DNA of 63,150 nucleotides, filler included, from Chiloscyllium plagiosum (GCF_004010195.1; 5 parts of one record of this genome joined end to end with filler, not necessarily neighbours in it), one strand, 5' to 3'; shown: positions 25,095 through 37,689, numbered from the whole stretch's first letter. Numbers and translations: made by a program. Notes: a model not told the origin generated them from the letters alone.

Positions 25095-25466
25095 AGGAGA
25101 AAGTGAGGTCTGCAGATGCTGGAGATCAGAGCTGGAAATGTGTTGCTGGAAAAGCGCAGCAGGTCAGGCAGCATCCAGGGAACAGGAGAATCGACGTTTC
25201 GGGCATAAGCCCTTCTTCAGGAATGAGGAAAGTTTGTCCAGCAGGCTAAGATAAAAGGTAGGGAGGAGGGACTTGGGGGAGGGGCGTCGGAAATGTGATA
25301 GGTGGAAAGAGGTCAAGGTGAGGGTGATGACCGTCCATAACCTCATCACCTCGGGGGATCTCCCATCCACCGCCTCCAACCTCATAGTCCCACAACCCCG
25401 CACCGCCCGTTTCTACCTCCTGCCCAAAATCCACAAACCTGACTGCCCCGGCCGACCCATTGTCTC
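25095..25466. mobile_element. Penelope-like element 5' region: inverted terminal repeat joined to an RT fragment
   Basis: Terminal repeat on - (hammerhead core 25193-25220), then + strand PRTARFYLLPKIHKPDCPGRPIV, a Penelope RT N-terminal motif. Confidence 0.85.
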
Positions 25467-25846
25467 NNNNNNNNNNNNNNNNNNNNNNNNNNNNNNNNNN
25501 NNNNNNNNNNTTAATTAATTAANNNNNNNNNNNNNNNNNNNNNNNNNNNNNNNNNNNNNNNNNNNNCACACAGACTCACCCTCTCTCCCACACAAACACA
25601 CGCACCCTCTCTCACATACATACACCCTCTTTCCCACACATACACACACACTCCCTCTCTTCCACACAAATACACACACAAACATTCCTAGTGTTTGATA
25701 AGGTAGTTGCCAAAGCTCGCTTCCACAGCCATACCTCACTCCTCAGTGACTACTTCCAACTCAGACTCACTCTGCGTGGATTCCAATTGAAAGTTTCATT
25801 CTTCGTGTTTTGAATCCACTCAGGATCACAGGTATGTTCATGAGTT

Positions 25847-25876
25847 CTGACGAAAGGTCACTGGACCTGAAATGTT
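25847..25876 (+). ncRNA. Minimal hammerhead ribozyme motif (family C) in a short element at about 25841-25945
   Basis: CTGACGA-A-AGGTC(ACTG)GACCT-GAAA-TGTT, with GTT/AAC stem I flanks. Confidence 0.6.
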
Positions 25877-26317
25877 AACACTGTTTTCTCTCCACCGATG
25901 CTGCCAGACCCGCTGAGTTTCTCTAGTAATTTCTCTTTCTGTTTAAGGCAAAATAGATTATGGGCAGAGGAAGACAGTGCAAATTGCTGAGATGAACCCT
26001 ATGATTCTTATGTTGGTCAAAATGTTGTGTGTCAATCATCTTAATCTGTTTGCTTCCACTTAAAGATCTCTGACTTATCGGTTAAAAGCCACAGTTTGTA
26101 AAAACTGCTGAAGAAATGAGGAACTATTTTCCTTCATGTTTAAAATGAGTGTTCACTGAAGAGAACAGAGAGACAACTCTTGACTTAGTGGAGATCACAT
26201 CATTTCTCTCCAAGTCTTGTTACTCGGCTGTAAGATATTCACTTTCCTGTGTACCAATTACACAGTTGTTGGTAGACAAAAGACTTTTGTCATTGATAAT
26301 TAGTCACTCATCCATAG

Positions 26318-26949
26318 TGTTATAGACCAGGCCAGACTCCCTGAAAACATTTCAAGAAGGTAGCCCAGACCCTAACCTTGCTCGTTGTTTTAAGTAGATG
26401 TATACTGGATATTCCAGGAGAGATGTAACTGGTCAAACCACTTAGTTTTAACAAAACAGAATTTATTTACAAGATTACTGAATGAAGCACAAACAACAGA
26501 AAACAGAATACCAAATATCTTAATCCCTCCAAAAACCCAACAGATCATCCCAACTTAATGATGCTGTTCCAAATACTTGTCACAATCCCCATACACACCC
26601 CTTGGCACTAAAGGTAAAATCAAACACAGGGTCTTGCAGGAGAGAGGTCAGAAAGAGAGTACCAACCTGGATCTGCTTCTTTGGGTCCAGCAGTTTTTTC
26701 TACATTCCAGCTAAAAACCAAGTCAAATCAGAGAAAAGCTGAGCTGGGAGAACTGGCCACTCCCTTTCATTGTACAAGTGTTTTTTTTTTAAACTTGAAA
26801 GCCTTCTGCCTGAGGCATTATCTGTTAGCTATTATCAAATTGGCCCTAAAACCCTTTAAACCTAGACTTTTCAGAATCTGTGTCATTTACGACTGCTCCA
26901 AAAAACACCAAGTACAGCATAACCTTGTTAAAGGAGCAGCATTGTCACA
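26318..26949 (-). mobile_element. Solo LTR
   Basis: TGT...ACA termini with near-TSD ATAG/ATAC. Related to 38341-38982 and, in reverse, to 32561-34092. Confidence 0.7.
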
Positions 26950-28869
26950 ATACACCAAACAAGTTCTTGTTGCCACTAAGTTGCATCTCTAACCTTGACT
27001 TCAATTCATCTGCATTTAAATTATTGCTTGTTCAAACAACTGCCTGCACAACATTTGCCATGAGAGTCAGGTTACTTGCTTTTCCAGAAGGGGAGCAATC
27101 CTTTAAAAGAAGGTTCTGGTATAGTGGTGATACCACTGGACATCCAATGCAGAACCACAGGCCAATGCCCTTGGGAAATGGGATTCTTATGTTTTTTAAA
27201 TGTACTTTGTTAAATTTACTTTTGTTTTGTTAATAAATATGATTTCAACCTTCATTCAGGCTGTGCTATACTTTACGTTAGACATTTGGATGATTTTTGA
27301 GCGATCGCGAGTGATATTTTTCGCTGGTCTGCTCCAACCCCACTTTTCCCATAGGCCCCATTATTTCTATTAAGCGATTTTCTATGAAGCGCGGTTTTGC
27401 AACTATACCATTACAGATGAACTACCTGTGCATTAATCATGAACGTATGAGTAGTGCAACAGACTTGACAGGGAAAATGGTCTACTTCTCCTATTTTGCA
27501 AGTTTGTACAGATATAACAACTGAAAGAATTCAGAGTTCTTGAAAAGCCTCATGGATGTGGGTGATTAGAAGTAAAGAGGGACTAATGTATGGTAAGATA
27601 GAAAAATAAGGATGAGTTTTTTAAATTTTAGGCATTGGTAGAACCAATGAATGCCAATAACTGAATATTTGACAGAACATGTGAGAGTTAGGGTCTAAGC
27701 AATGGTAATTTGGATGCATTCAAGTTAAAATGTGTGCTAGTTTCTTCTTTGGCCGGGCAAGACATAATGGGCGGGTTGGTGCCACAATATTTCTTTGGGT
27801 CTCTGGTACTGTGGCTCATATTAAAGGAAGCAGGATGCAAGGTAATTAACAGGAAGAGTATATAATAGTAACACAGTGACAATATTAGATTGCCAATCAC
27901 GTCTGGTAGCATACGTTCATGAGCCTTCACATTAATTCTACTAAGGTTTGAGTAAAAGTAACTTGTAAATGCGTTTGAAATGTAATATTTCAAAAAGAAA
28001 TCACATGGCACTGAACACAGATCAGTGTGTTCTTTGGAATTGAGCATCCTGTAAGCTTCCTGTGCAGGCACTTCTTCAAAGTTCTCCAAATTGAATTGAT
28101 AATTCCTTTAAAATCTACTTTAAACCCCAATGTACATTCTGATGAGCTTTGTCCTAAATTATTCAACTTGCACACACTTGATGTGGCAGAATCAGTTCAG
28201 ACAAAATAGGAAGCAAGTGCGTGGGTGGTTCATTACATACCACGGAAAATTAGTCATGTTTAGTACGTGTGCAAACAGGAGAACCAGACTGAGTCCATTC
28301 ATACAAAATGTATCCGCTGGTGAAAAGGATTTTTATTTTGGAGTCAATGCAAAGGGATCTTTATCTAGTCAGCCACATGATAGGTATCCTATGGTTCTCA
28401 TTATGAGTTATACTTTAAACAAACTATCATAACTACTCTGAATAACACGAAGTCTCTACTCATGACCAATTCCAGATGCAACACAGCTTGATCATTAAAA
28501 AAATTGTTGCAATAGGCGTTGAGCAAGGCTGTCAGTTGCTAAACAAACTATTGTTTTGCTTAGAAGTTATTTGCTTGGCTGTTGATGCTCTAGCTGTGAT
28601 CCATTATCAAGCAATGATTAACAACAACTTCATGTTTAAAATATTATTCTTACATTCTTCACAGAATTTACACAAAAAAGAAGATACGGTGCCTGCTCAT
28701 TAACAACATCAGCAATTTGTTGAAATTATTAAATCAGATAACTTTCATTTACAAATGATTCATTCAAGGCTACTGAAACTAACTTACTACTGAAAGATGG
28801 CTGTGAATTATAGAGGCCATTCACTTCACCGAAGAACATGTTTCCAGGAGTTTCTCAGGGACATTTCTT

Positions 28870-29450
28870 AAAGAAAAGACCAGCATTTATAAAATGGCAT
28901 TTGCAACCATTAGATATTTCAAAGTATCTTAAGCAATGAGGTAATTTTGTCAATGTAACGTAAATTGCTTGAAATTGGCAGCCAACTATATGCTCAAGAG
29001 TGTAGCAATGGAAAAGCACTGCCAGTCAGGCATATCTGAGGAGCAGGAGAATCAATGTTTCGAGCATTATCCTTCATCAGGAATGAAGCAGGAGAATTGA
29101 CGTTTCGAGCATAATTCCTACATCAGGAATGAAGCAGGAGGATCGATGTTTCAAGCATAAGCCCTGCACCACCCTCTCCGACTCTGATCTCCAGCATCTG
29201 CAGTCCTCACTTTCTCTGAGCCAACAATGTGCATCGATCACCTATGAACAGCAGCAAACTGATGATGGCTGACAGAATGGTTTTGTGACATTTATTGAGG
29301 GATAAATATTGGTCACAACACTAAGGATAATTCACCTACACATTTACAAAATAATGCGATGGGATCTTTTACATTTGAGAGGGCAAACAGCTGATGGCTG
29401 TTAGCTTTCTGAGCACATAGGAATAGGTAGCAGATGTGCCACTGGATATG
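28870..29450 (-). mobile_element. Deu-SINE-like (SacSINE/AmnSINE-type) remnant interrupted by a Penelope-derived insertion (28994-29219)
   Basis: GAGGGATAAATATTGG...AAATAATGCGATGGGATCTTTTAC resembles the Deu domain as I recall it. Confidence 0.5.
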
Positions 29451-29504
29451 GGAAGAGAGGCATAAGCTTCTATTCTCAACTGTAAACCATGCAGGCCATG
29501 ATAA

Positions 29505-29634
29505 GAGGAGAAAGTGAGGTCTGCAGATGCTGGAGATCAGAGCTGAAAATGTGTTGCTGGAAAAGCGCAGCAGGTCAGGCAGCATCCAAGGAACAGGAGA
29601 ATCGACGTTTCGGGCATAAGCCCTTCTTCAGGAA
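29505..29634 (-). mobile_element. Penelope family-A terminal repeat with intact hammerhead core (29604-29631)
   Basis: Near-identical to 24664-24793 and 25095-25223. Confidence 0.8.
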
Positions 29635-29639
29635 CAATT

Positions 29640-31500
29640 AATTACACTGTAAGATCTATAGTGAAAATGTTATCATTCATCAGGGCAAAAAAGAATGTGC
29701 AGATACTTTTGATGAAGTTTCAAAAGATTTTGGCAATTTCATTTGAGAACAAATAAAATTCTTGGAAAAACAAAATTTAACAGAAAGATTTTAGCATCCA
29801 AGGAATCCAAAGATAAGTGCATTAATGATCTTTACAGATTAATGGTAAATTGTGACCATGGAGCTTTGAAATTAGAATTCATAAGACACAAATCTTTTTC
29901 TGAAAGGAATTACTGATGAGTGTTGGCCAGATTTGTTATTGTCCAAAGAAGATTTGACATTGAAGAAAACTATTCAAATTGTGTGGGAAGTGGAAATCAG
30001 AAAGATTCACAGATCAATCCTGAGGAGAAGGACAAGCTGATCACAAGAGCAAAAGAATCCATTCAGCTTATTCGGTGCTAACAAAAAAAAAATTGACATA
30101 TGACAAACCAGTCAAAGATGTTAGGTCTGACAACAAATATTAAGAGCCAGGATTAGCACTATAGAGTAACGAAGCCTCACAGGCACAAAAAGTGCCCAAC
30201 TGTGAGAAAAGAATACTTTATCCATAAAAACATAGATTGCTTTCAGATGATGTGTAGAAGTTGGGCATAGTTACAGACTGACAAAAAGTAAAATGGCCAC
30301 TCATACAAAGATATTAATGCAACGGAGTGACTGATATCAGAAAAGAATACCCAGTGCATTTAAAGGCGATCCAACCGATTCAAATTTGACAGGCCTTGTT
30401 GATCTAAATGGAGAACTGATTAATTTTAAGCTTTATACAGGGGTTGTGTCTCTAAGCCTTATCAGATTATTTGCTAAGTCTGAATGGACAAAGGTTATGG
30501 CTTCCAGAAATAAAACTATATGTTTCAGGTGCATCAGCACTCAAAGATTAAGGATATACTGGAAGGAAAATGTGACACAAAGCAGAAAAGATAGAAGAGA
30601 AAGTATGTATAATTCATAATCAAGAAATTTCATTCCTGAGTGTACATGCATCTGTCAACCACAGGCTTTTGAAGTATTAGAAGATATTAAATTGTGTTTA
30701 AATGGATGGTGAACTGGTCAAGGGAAATCAACTTATGCAAAGTTTGTCCACCAGTCAGAGAACAATTGGTCAAGGAACAAATAGTTGTTACAAGAGGTCA
30801 AGAGGCAACAACTGCAACATTTCATTGAGCTTCCTAGCCTCAGAAACCAAGAAGAAAATAGAATTTATTGAAATTAGCTATGATGATGTTTGGAATATGT
30901 TTCATATGACCAAGATGATCCAATGGCCAGAAATCTAAAATTCAACAAGAATAGAAGATAGCAAGAATGTGTGACCACTCACTGGAATTGTCATAGAGAA
31001 TGGCCAGACCAGAAGTCCAATAAGTTAGCCTTGTGTACATACTTTGAGCACTGACAGTAATTAACAATCATAGATATATTAATCATATAGAACTGCTTAT
31101 TTCAGCTTCCCTTCAGGCAAGAGAAAAGATGCATTGGAGACACCTAAGGTGGTTAGGTGCACAGCTAGGTTCAGTCAGCAATGTAGTGTCAGCAATGAAA
31201 TTAAAGGTTTCATAAATTATTGTGAAATCTGCAATTTCACAGGAGTGTCATGACTGAGAAACAGTCCTATTATCACTGAAAGCAATTCAGGTAACAGAAA
31301 CTGGAAAAGGTTATGAGAAAATACAGACAAGCAGGAAAAAAGAGTAAGTCATGCAACTCACTTGAGCTCATTGATCAGTTCACAATTGAAATGATTTAGA
31401 CACCAACAGAGCCTGGTGAATAAATTGTCATGACAGATTCGAATTTGACTTCAGATAATAAAACAATACAAGTACAAGTGGACAATTAAATTACTCAGTG
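29640..31500 (+). mobile_element. Highly decayed Gypsy-type LTR retrotransposon interior
   Basis: gag-like GITDE...LLLSKEDLTLKKTIQIV (about 29900-29990), protease-like LNGELINFKLYTG (cf. FKLDTG, about 30400-30440), integrase zinc-finger-like SNEIKGFINYCEIC (about 31190-31235). Confidence 0.6.
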
Positions 31501-33067
31501 GAAGAGGAGGGTCCACAAATATCGCCATCTTATCTATGTGAGTGTACAATGTTAACAACGGGGAAAAAAAGCTTCCGGGGGTTGTTTTTTCAGGCAATAA
31601 AAGTGTCAGAGACTGCATTAAACTCTGCTCACCCTAATAATGTCATAAGGTCTTTGATGAGAATGGCAAAAGATTTTAACATCTTGTGTGATAAGCTATA
31701 TCTGCACATGTTCCTAATAATCTTAGTAAAATGTCTAACTTGTGAATGCGATTTATGCCTGATTGCTATCATGCAATTAATTGACATTTTTTCACTGTTG
31801 CTGGGTCAAACTCCTGGAATTCCCTCCCTAATGGTATTATGGGTCTAACTACCGCACATGAACTTCAGTGCTTCAAGAAGACAGCTCACCACCACCTTCT
31901 CAAGGTGATATGTCATGTAAGTAACTACAATCTGTTCAAAACAAGAGTCTCTGCTCTGTAAGACTTTCTCAGGGTTTTTCTCCATTATTGCAAACCAAGT
32001 AAAGCCTTAGATGCAGTCAAGGAAAGGGGAGAGTTGTATCAAACCATCCCAATGACACGTTACTAGTGGCATTGCTGACAACCCTTCCATCATTTTGCTG
32101 ATGATTGAAAGGAAACATTCAAGAGCACAAGTCTGCAGTACTATCGCCAAAATGTTGTTGGAGCCTATAGTCTTCCCAGTATCCAGTTCCTTGAGCCATA
32201 TTTTGACATTACATGGAGTGAATCAAATTGGCTGTGACAGGAATAAGCTTCCTTTTTCTTCCATTTCAACCTGCCACCAGCTTGTTAAACATTCAATCAC
32301 AACATCCTCCTCCATTGTTATCCGGCTATGCTCTCATCTGCTTCCATTCTTATCCATCTGATCATAGCCAGAGGATTACTTGCAATGACTTCCCTTGCTG
32401 CTGCTATTGGTGCTCATTACCTCTCCTCTTACCCCAAGGATCTATCGTTGTGGGCCTCCTGTTTCTCGTCAACGCCCTGCCTCTTAATGGTATTGTTCAA
32501 ACGTATGGCATTAGTTTTCACATGCATTCTGATGACACCCAGTTCGAGCTCACTACCACCAGTCACAAAGCCGGTCCCTTTTTTCTAAATGCTGTTCCTT
32601 TTCTCAATGATACTGTTTCCTTGGTTTCTTTCAGAGGGGCCATAAAACCCTCCTGGCTCTGAGGTGACTAGTTTGGTACAGAGATGAAAATATGTTGAGA
32701 GAACTTTTGTTTATATGTTTATATGTAAACTGATGAGACTTCAGGCCAAAGTAATCATGTTTTAGAAGTGGCTTGTATAATGAAAGGGGAGTGGTCAGCT
32801 CTCTAGCTGAGCAGTTCAGTCGAGAACTAGTTTGGAGTTCAGTTGTGTGGAAACAGGCTGTGAAACTCTCTCTGTCCTTCTGCTTTTCTAACTTCAACCT
32901 GTCAGCATTTGTTCCATTTTTACTATTTTTTAAGGGCGTTTGCTTATTGGGACTGTTGTGTAAATTTGGAACAGCATAATTAAGTCTAGTTGGACAGACT
33001 GAGTTCTGTAGGGGTTCTTTAATCTGTTCTTTGTGTTTCATTATGAACACATTTTTGTCTGTTTTAA

Positions 33068-33949
33068 GTTAAAAATCACACAACACCAGGATATAGTCCA
33101 ACAGGTTTAATTGGAAGCACACTAGCTTTCGGAGCGACGCTTCTTCATCAGGTGATAATGGAGGGCTCAATCGTAACACAGAATTTATAGCAAAAATTTG
33201 CAGTGTGATGTAACTGAAATTATACATTGAAAAATTGATTGTCTGTTAACCGGCATCTCTAAATCATATACTGGGAGCGTTTAATTACACCCTGTACAGG
33301 TAGTTAGGCCTGAATCAGAAACTCTTGGTACCACGTTGACAGCAAATGGGAAAATAGCTGTGGTCCTCAGTCAGTGATAGGTCCTGGGTTATGGCCGCCA
33401 TCTTTATTTGGGGGAAGGTACAGCGAGGCACATGGACTTGTCCTCTTCCTGGGTGGGGAAGGGGTTATTTGAAGAGGAGCATTTACACGCCAAACACATA
33501 CCAAGAGAAATGCTTGCCTTCACTATTCATCTTGCATTGACTGTGAGCTTTGTTTTATGAATTCATTTTATAGGATATTAATTGAGAATAATTGAGACAG
33601 GGATCTTAAAAGCAATTTTCTATCGTCAGCAGGGTCATCAGGATTTGAATANNNNNNNNNNNNNNNNNNNNNNNNNNNNNNNNNNNNNNNNNNNNNNNNN
33701 NNNNNNNNNNNNNNNNNNNNNNNNNNNNNNNNNNNNNNNNNNNNNNNNNNNNNNNNNNNNNNNNNNNNNNNNNNNNNNNNNNNNNNNNNNNNNNNNNNNN
33801 NNNNNNNNNNNTGAGCCCTCCATTATCACCTGATGAAGGAGCGTCGCTCCGAAAGCTAGTGTGCTTCCAATTAAACCTGTTGGACTATAACCTGGTGTTG
33901 TGTGATTTTTAACTTTGTACACCCCAGTCCAACATCGGCATCTCTAATC
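33068..33949. mobile_element. Penelope family-B insertion with inverted terminal repeats
   Basis: 33068-33170 is the reverse complement of 33812-33913. 13-bp duplication TTGTCTGTTTTAA at 33055-33067 and 33950-33962. Confidence 0.8.
33830..33858 (+). ncRNA. Minimal hammerhead ribozyme motif (family B)
   Basis: CAC-CTGATGA-A-GGAGC(GTC)GCTCC-GAAA-GC-TA-GTG with palindromic AGCT stem III. Mirror copy at 33123-33151 (-). Confidence 0.72.
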
Positions 33950-34889
33950 TTGTCTGTTTTAAAACCTGGTAGTCAACCTAGCTAACTTAATCCGGGTAAT
34001 TTTCACTGTACACTTACAGAAACAAATTGCACATTAATGGTTTGGGCTGCCTGTTTAAAAATGTTTTGATAGGTCTAGCTTAGTCCATAACACACCTCTC
34101 AATGCCTTTACATTACTATATCATCAGACTGCTTCCAGTAATGGATGAGCAGAAATCGTCTCCAAGTAACAATTGGGAAGACTGAAGCCATTGTTCACAG
34201 TCCATGACCCAACCTCTAATCATTATTTTCACACTCTATCCCTCTCCCTAGCAATTGTCTAAGATTAAACCAGTCTGTCTGCAACTTTGGTGTCACATTT
34301 TACCCTGATATGAGCTCCCTACTATGAGATTGCTTGAATTCACTTGTCACAGCTCATCCGCTATTGAAACTTTCATTTGCAACTTTAGTACCTCCAGACT
34401 CTCAACTTTTCCACGTTCTTTGGTCTCCCACGTTCTCTCCCCCGCAAAATTGAGCTCATCTAAAGCTCTGCTTAATTTGCAACAAAACCTATCACCCCCT
34501 GTGCTCATTGACCTACATTGACTCCAGGAACAGCAATGTCTTAATTTTAAAATTCGCAAGTTTGTTTTGAAATCCCTTTTTATCTCTACTCTCCTTATCA
34601 CTTTAATCTCCAATAGTCGAGATTCCTCTGAGATATCTGCACTCATCTTATTCTAACCTCTTGAATATCCCTGATTTTAATGACTCGAGCCAGTGGAAGA
34701 CCAGCCTTCTAGTGCCTTGAACAACAAGCTCTGGAATTCTCTTGTTAAAGCTTCCTACTTCCTCCCCCATTAACATGCCTTAAAATTTATCATTTTCACC
34801 AAGCTGATGGGCATCTGATTTAATATATATTGCTATGATTTGGTGTCATACTGTGTCTTATAATGTTCCTGTGAACCAGCTTGGAACCA

Positions 34890-36045
34890 TAAGATGTAGA
34901 TTCAGAAGTAGACATCCTGCCTATCAAGGCTGCTCCACCATTCAATTAGATAATGTCTAATCTGATAATCTTTGAGGAGAAAGTGAGGTCTGCAGATGCT
35001 GGAGATCAGAGATGGAAATGCATTGCTGGAAAAGCGCAGCAGGTCAGGCAGCATCTAGGGAACAGGAGAATCGACGTTTCGGGCATTAGCCCTTCCTGAA
35101 GAAGGGCTAATGCCCGAAACGTCGATTCTCCTGTTCCCTAATCTGATAATCCTCAACTTCACTTCCCTACCTTTCCCCTATAACCCTTGATGCTTAACAA
35201 TCTACCTCAGTCGTGCTTATGTTTAATGACCCGGCCTCCACAGCGCTCTGTGGTAAAAAATTCAATAGATTCACTACCCTCTGTGAGAAGAAATTTCTCC
35301 TCATCTCTGTTTTAAAGATGTGACCCCTCTATTCTGAGATTATGCCCTCTGTCCCAAATTCTCCCACAAGTGGAAGCAACCTTTCCACAACTACTGTCAC
35401 CTCCTTTAAGAATCTTATAAGCATCAATAAAGTTGCCTCTTATTTTTCTAAACTCCAATGAGTACAAACCCAACCTATCATCATTAGATAGTCCCTCTAT
35501 ACCCAGGAATAGTCCAGTGAACCATCTCTGGAGTGCTTCCAATGCCAGTGTATCTTTCCTTAGATAAGAGGCCCAAAGCTATTCACAGCATTTCAACTGT
35601 GGTCTGACAAGTGCTTTGTGCAGTTTTAGCAAGATCTTCCTATTTTGATATTGCCATTCCCTTTGAAATAAAAGCTAACATTCCATTTGCCTTCACTATT
35701 GCCCGCAGAACTTGGATGGTAACGTTTTGTGATTCATGGACAAGAACTCTCCCATCCCTCTATAACTTTCTGCAGTCTTTCTCTGTTTAAATAATATTCA
35801 GCTCCTCTATTCTTCCTCCAAAGTACATAACCTGATCTATTTGTACATTATAATCCATCTGCCAAGTTTTTGCTCATTACTTAACCTGTCTATGTCCCTC
35901 TGTTAACTCTTTGTCATCCTCCATTTGCCTTCCCAGCTCTTTTTGTGACATCCACAAACTTGGTGATGGTACACGTACTTTGCTCATTCAATATATGGGT
36001 ATACATTGTAAATAATTATGGCCCCAGCACTCACCCCTTTGGCAT
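34890..36045 (-). mobile_element. CR1 LINE 3' part (older family), interrupted at 34971-35137
   Basis: EALQRWFT.L...LGLYSLEFRKIRGNFIDAYKILKG. Confidence 0.8.
34971..35137. mobile_element. Inverted Penelope-derived insertion, hammerhead core 35096-35123
   Basis: Palindrome around 35097 with 14-bp duplication CTAATCTGATAATC at 34957-34970 and 35138-35151. Confidence 0.8.
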
Positions 36046-37689
36046 GTTTGTTTTATACATTATAGGCTTCAAAAAAGTTGTTGTCATCCATAACAGCTCT
36101 GAACCCAGAGTTAACAAAGTGTGGTGCTCGAAAAGGCACAGGAGGTCTGGCAGCTTCTGAGGAGCAAGAGAGTTGACATTTCAGGCAGGATCCTTCTTCA
36201 GGACCCAGCCACATCCAAGCATGTGAAATCTCAGGATTAAAAAGACTCTCACAGAAACTGGATCTTCCAATGGGCACCTGAAGCAAGGGTGGCAGCTGAA
36301 AAACAAACATTGAGCATACGACAACCCACACAAATTCCTCAGATTCCAACCTTCACTGTCAAATATCAATCATACCCAAAAACATTACTGGTACAGTTCC
36401 CTGAATGTGTTTTTACAAGTGGGGGACTAAGTTGGATTGTGATTTAATAAGAAGGAACTGCAATGTAGTAGCATGTTTTGTGGCATGAGAATATACATAA
36501 CACTTCAGTAAGACTTCAACGCTGGTTTCCAGCTAAAGGAATAATTTATAAAAATGGGCACTGTTGTTGGAAAATGCTGCAGTGAATTTGCGTTGTTCAA
36601 AGTCTCATTAAGAGCAGTAAAAGAATTGAGAAGTCAGTTTTTTCTATTAATAGTGGGTACGGTTTATCTGTTGGCCAATCACTGGGAGAATACTGTTGCT
36701 TTATTTGAATTTGTATTTTGACATTGATTATCGCTACCTGAAAAGGCAGATGCGGCTGTGGTTAACAACTCATCTAAAAGCTAGCACCTCAAGTAATGCA
36801 GCATTGTGCTGTCAATGTCAGTGTTGGCTGTTTCTTCTGCTTTCTGAATCTGTGGCCTACTATGGCCGAAGGGCCTGTTTCCACACTAGGTAATCTAATC
36901 TAATCTAATCTAAACTATAACTGAGTACCGAGAAGTAGCATACCAGATATCTAGGTTAGCTCCTCCTTACAAGAATTCTTGAAATTTCTGTTAATCTGAG
37001 CTTTACGTTTTTGCAATTTTGGACGTATGGATTGTCTAGGAAATTCTAATTATTCTGTCAGAACGATTGGAGTTTCCCAGCCTTTTGCAGTCAGCTTTGG
37101 GAGCTGCAGTAATTAAAGGCCACTTTCCATCCTCAAATGTATTTTAACAACATCAGGAGGCCTAACCACTGCATGGGTTAATCAGTTAAATCCTGGAGGC
37201 CTTCCTATGGCTTCTCAAGGGGTGGAGGTTAGTGGGGAGCCTTCTGAAAGGTCCCTCCATGGCCCATGAAGATGTCCCTTGGCTGAAAAATGCCTGCTGG
37301 GATATGCCCTCCACCCCTTCTTTGTTAGGGTCAGCCTGTCTGCCTAAACGTTCTTTTGGAAAGAAACTCACCCACTTTTCAAGGGCGTGAAGGTATACTC
37401 TCCTTCATGCTCCAGCCACAGCAATGGCTACCATTAGGACTAGTGTTGTTAAGACTGCTCTTTGCTCACCCTTTCATTGAGTGGATGGCTCTAGGATGGC
37501 TGACCACCCCCTTTGATTGGCCAGTTGTCTCGGCAACAACCTGCCAACTAGTCACTGCTGGCAAAATGTTGCCCATAGGGCCCCGACAACTCCCACTTTT
37601 GGCCGCAGCACAAATTTCCTTTCTGGTGAGGAAATTCACTCCATGGTTCCCTAAAGCATGGATATACAACAAAGGTTACAACTCAAAAT

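Larger units (their letters stand above)
32561..34092 (+). mobile_element. Solo LTR containing a Penelope family-B insertion
   Basis: 4-bp TSD CACC (32557-32560, 34093-34096); ends ...CATAACA. Confidence 0.7.
32300..34890 (+). mobile_element. Old L2 LINE 3' part, split by an LTR insertion
   Basis: PQGSIVVGLLF...GISFHMHSDDTQF RT motifs before 32560; continues after 34096. Confidence 0.7.

Noticed and set aside
25511..25522. TTAATTAATTAA island inside an N-run (also 41916-41927, 51689-51700, 58893-58904)
   Set aside because: Identical 12-mer centred in 100-bp gaps with stops in all frames: an artificial scaffolding spacer, not biology.
25567..25682. CA/CT-rich ORF-bearing stretch
   Set aside because: Low-complexity microsatellite next to a gap.
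27250..27430. Possible third Tigger-like MITE
   Set aside because: Only one terminal-like end (GAACTACCTGTG) is visible; no matching TIR or TSD was found.
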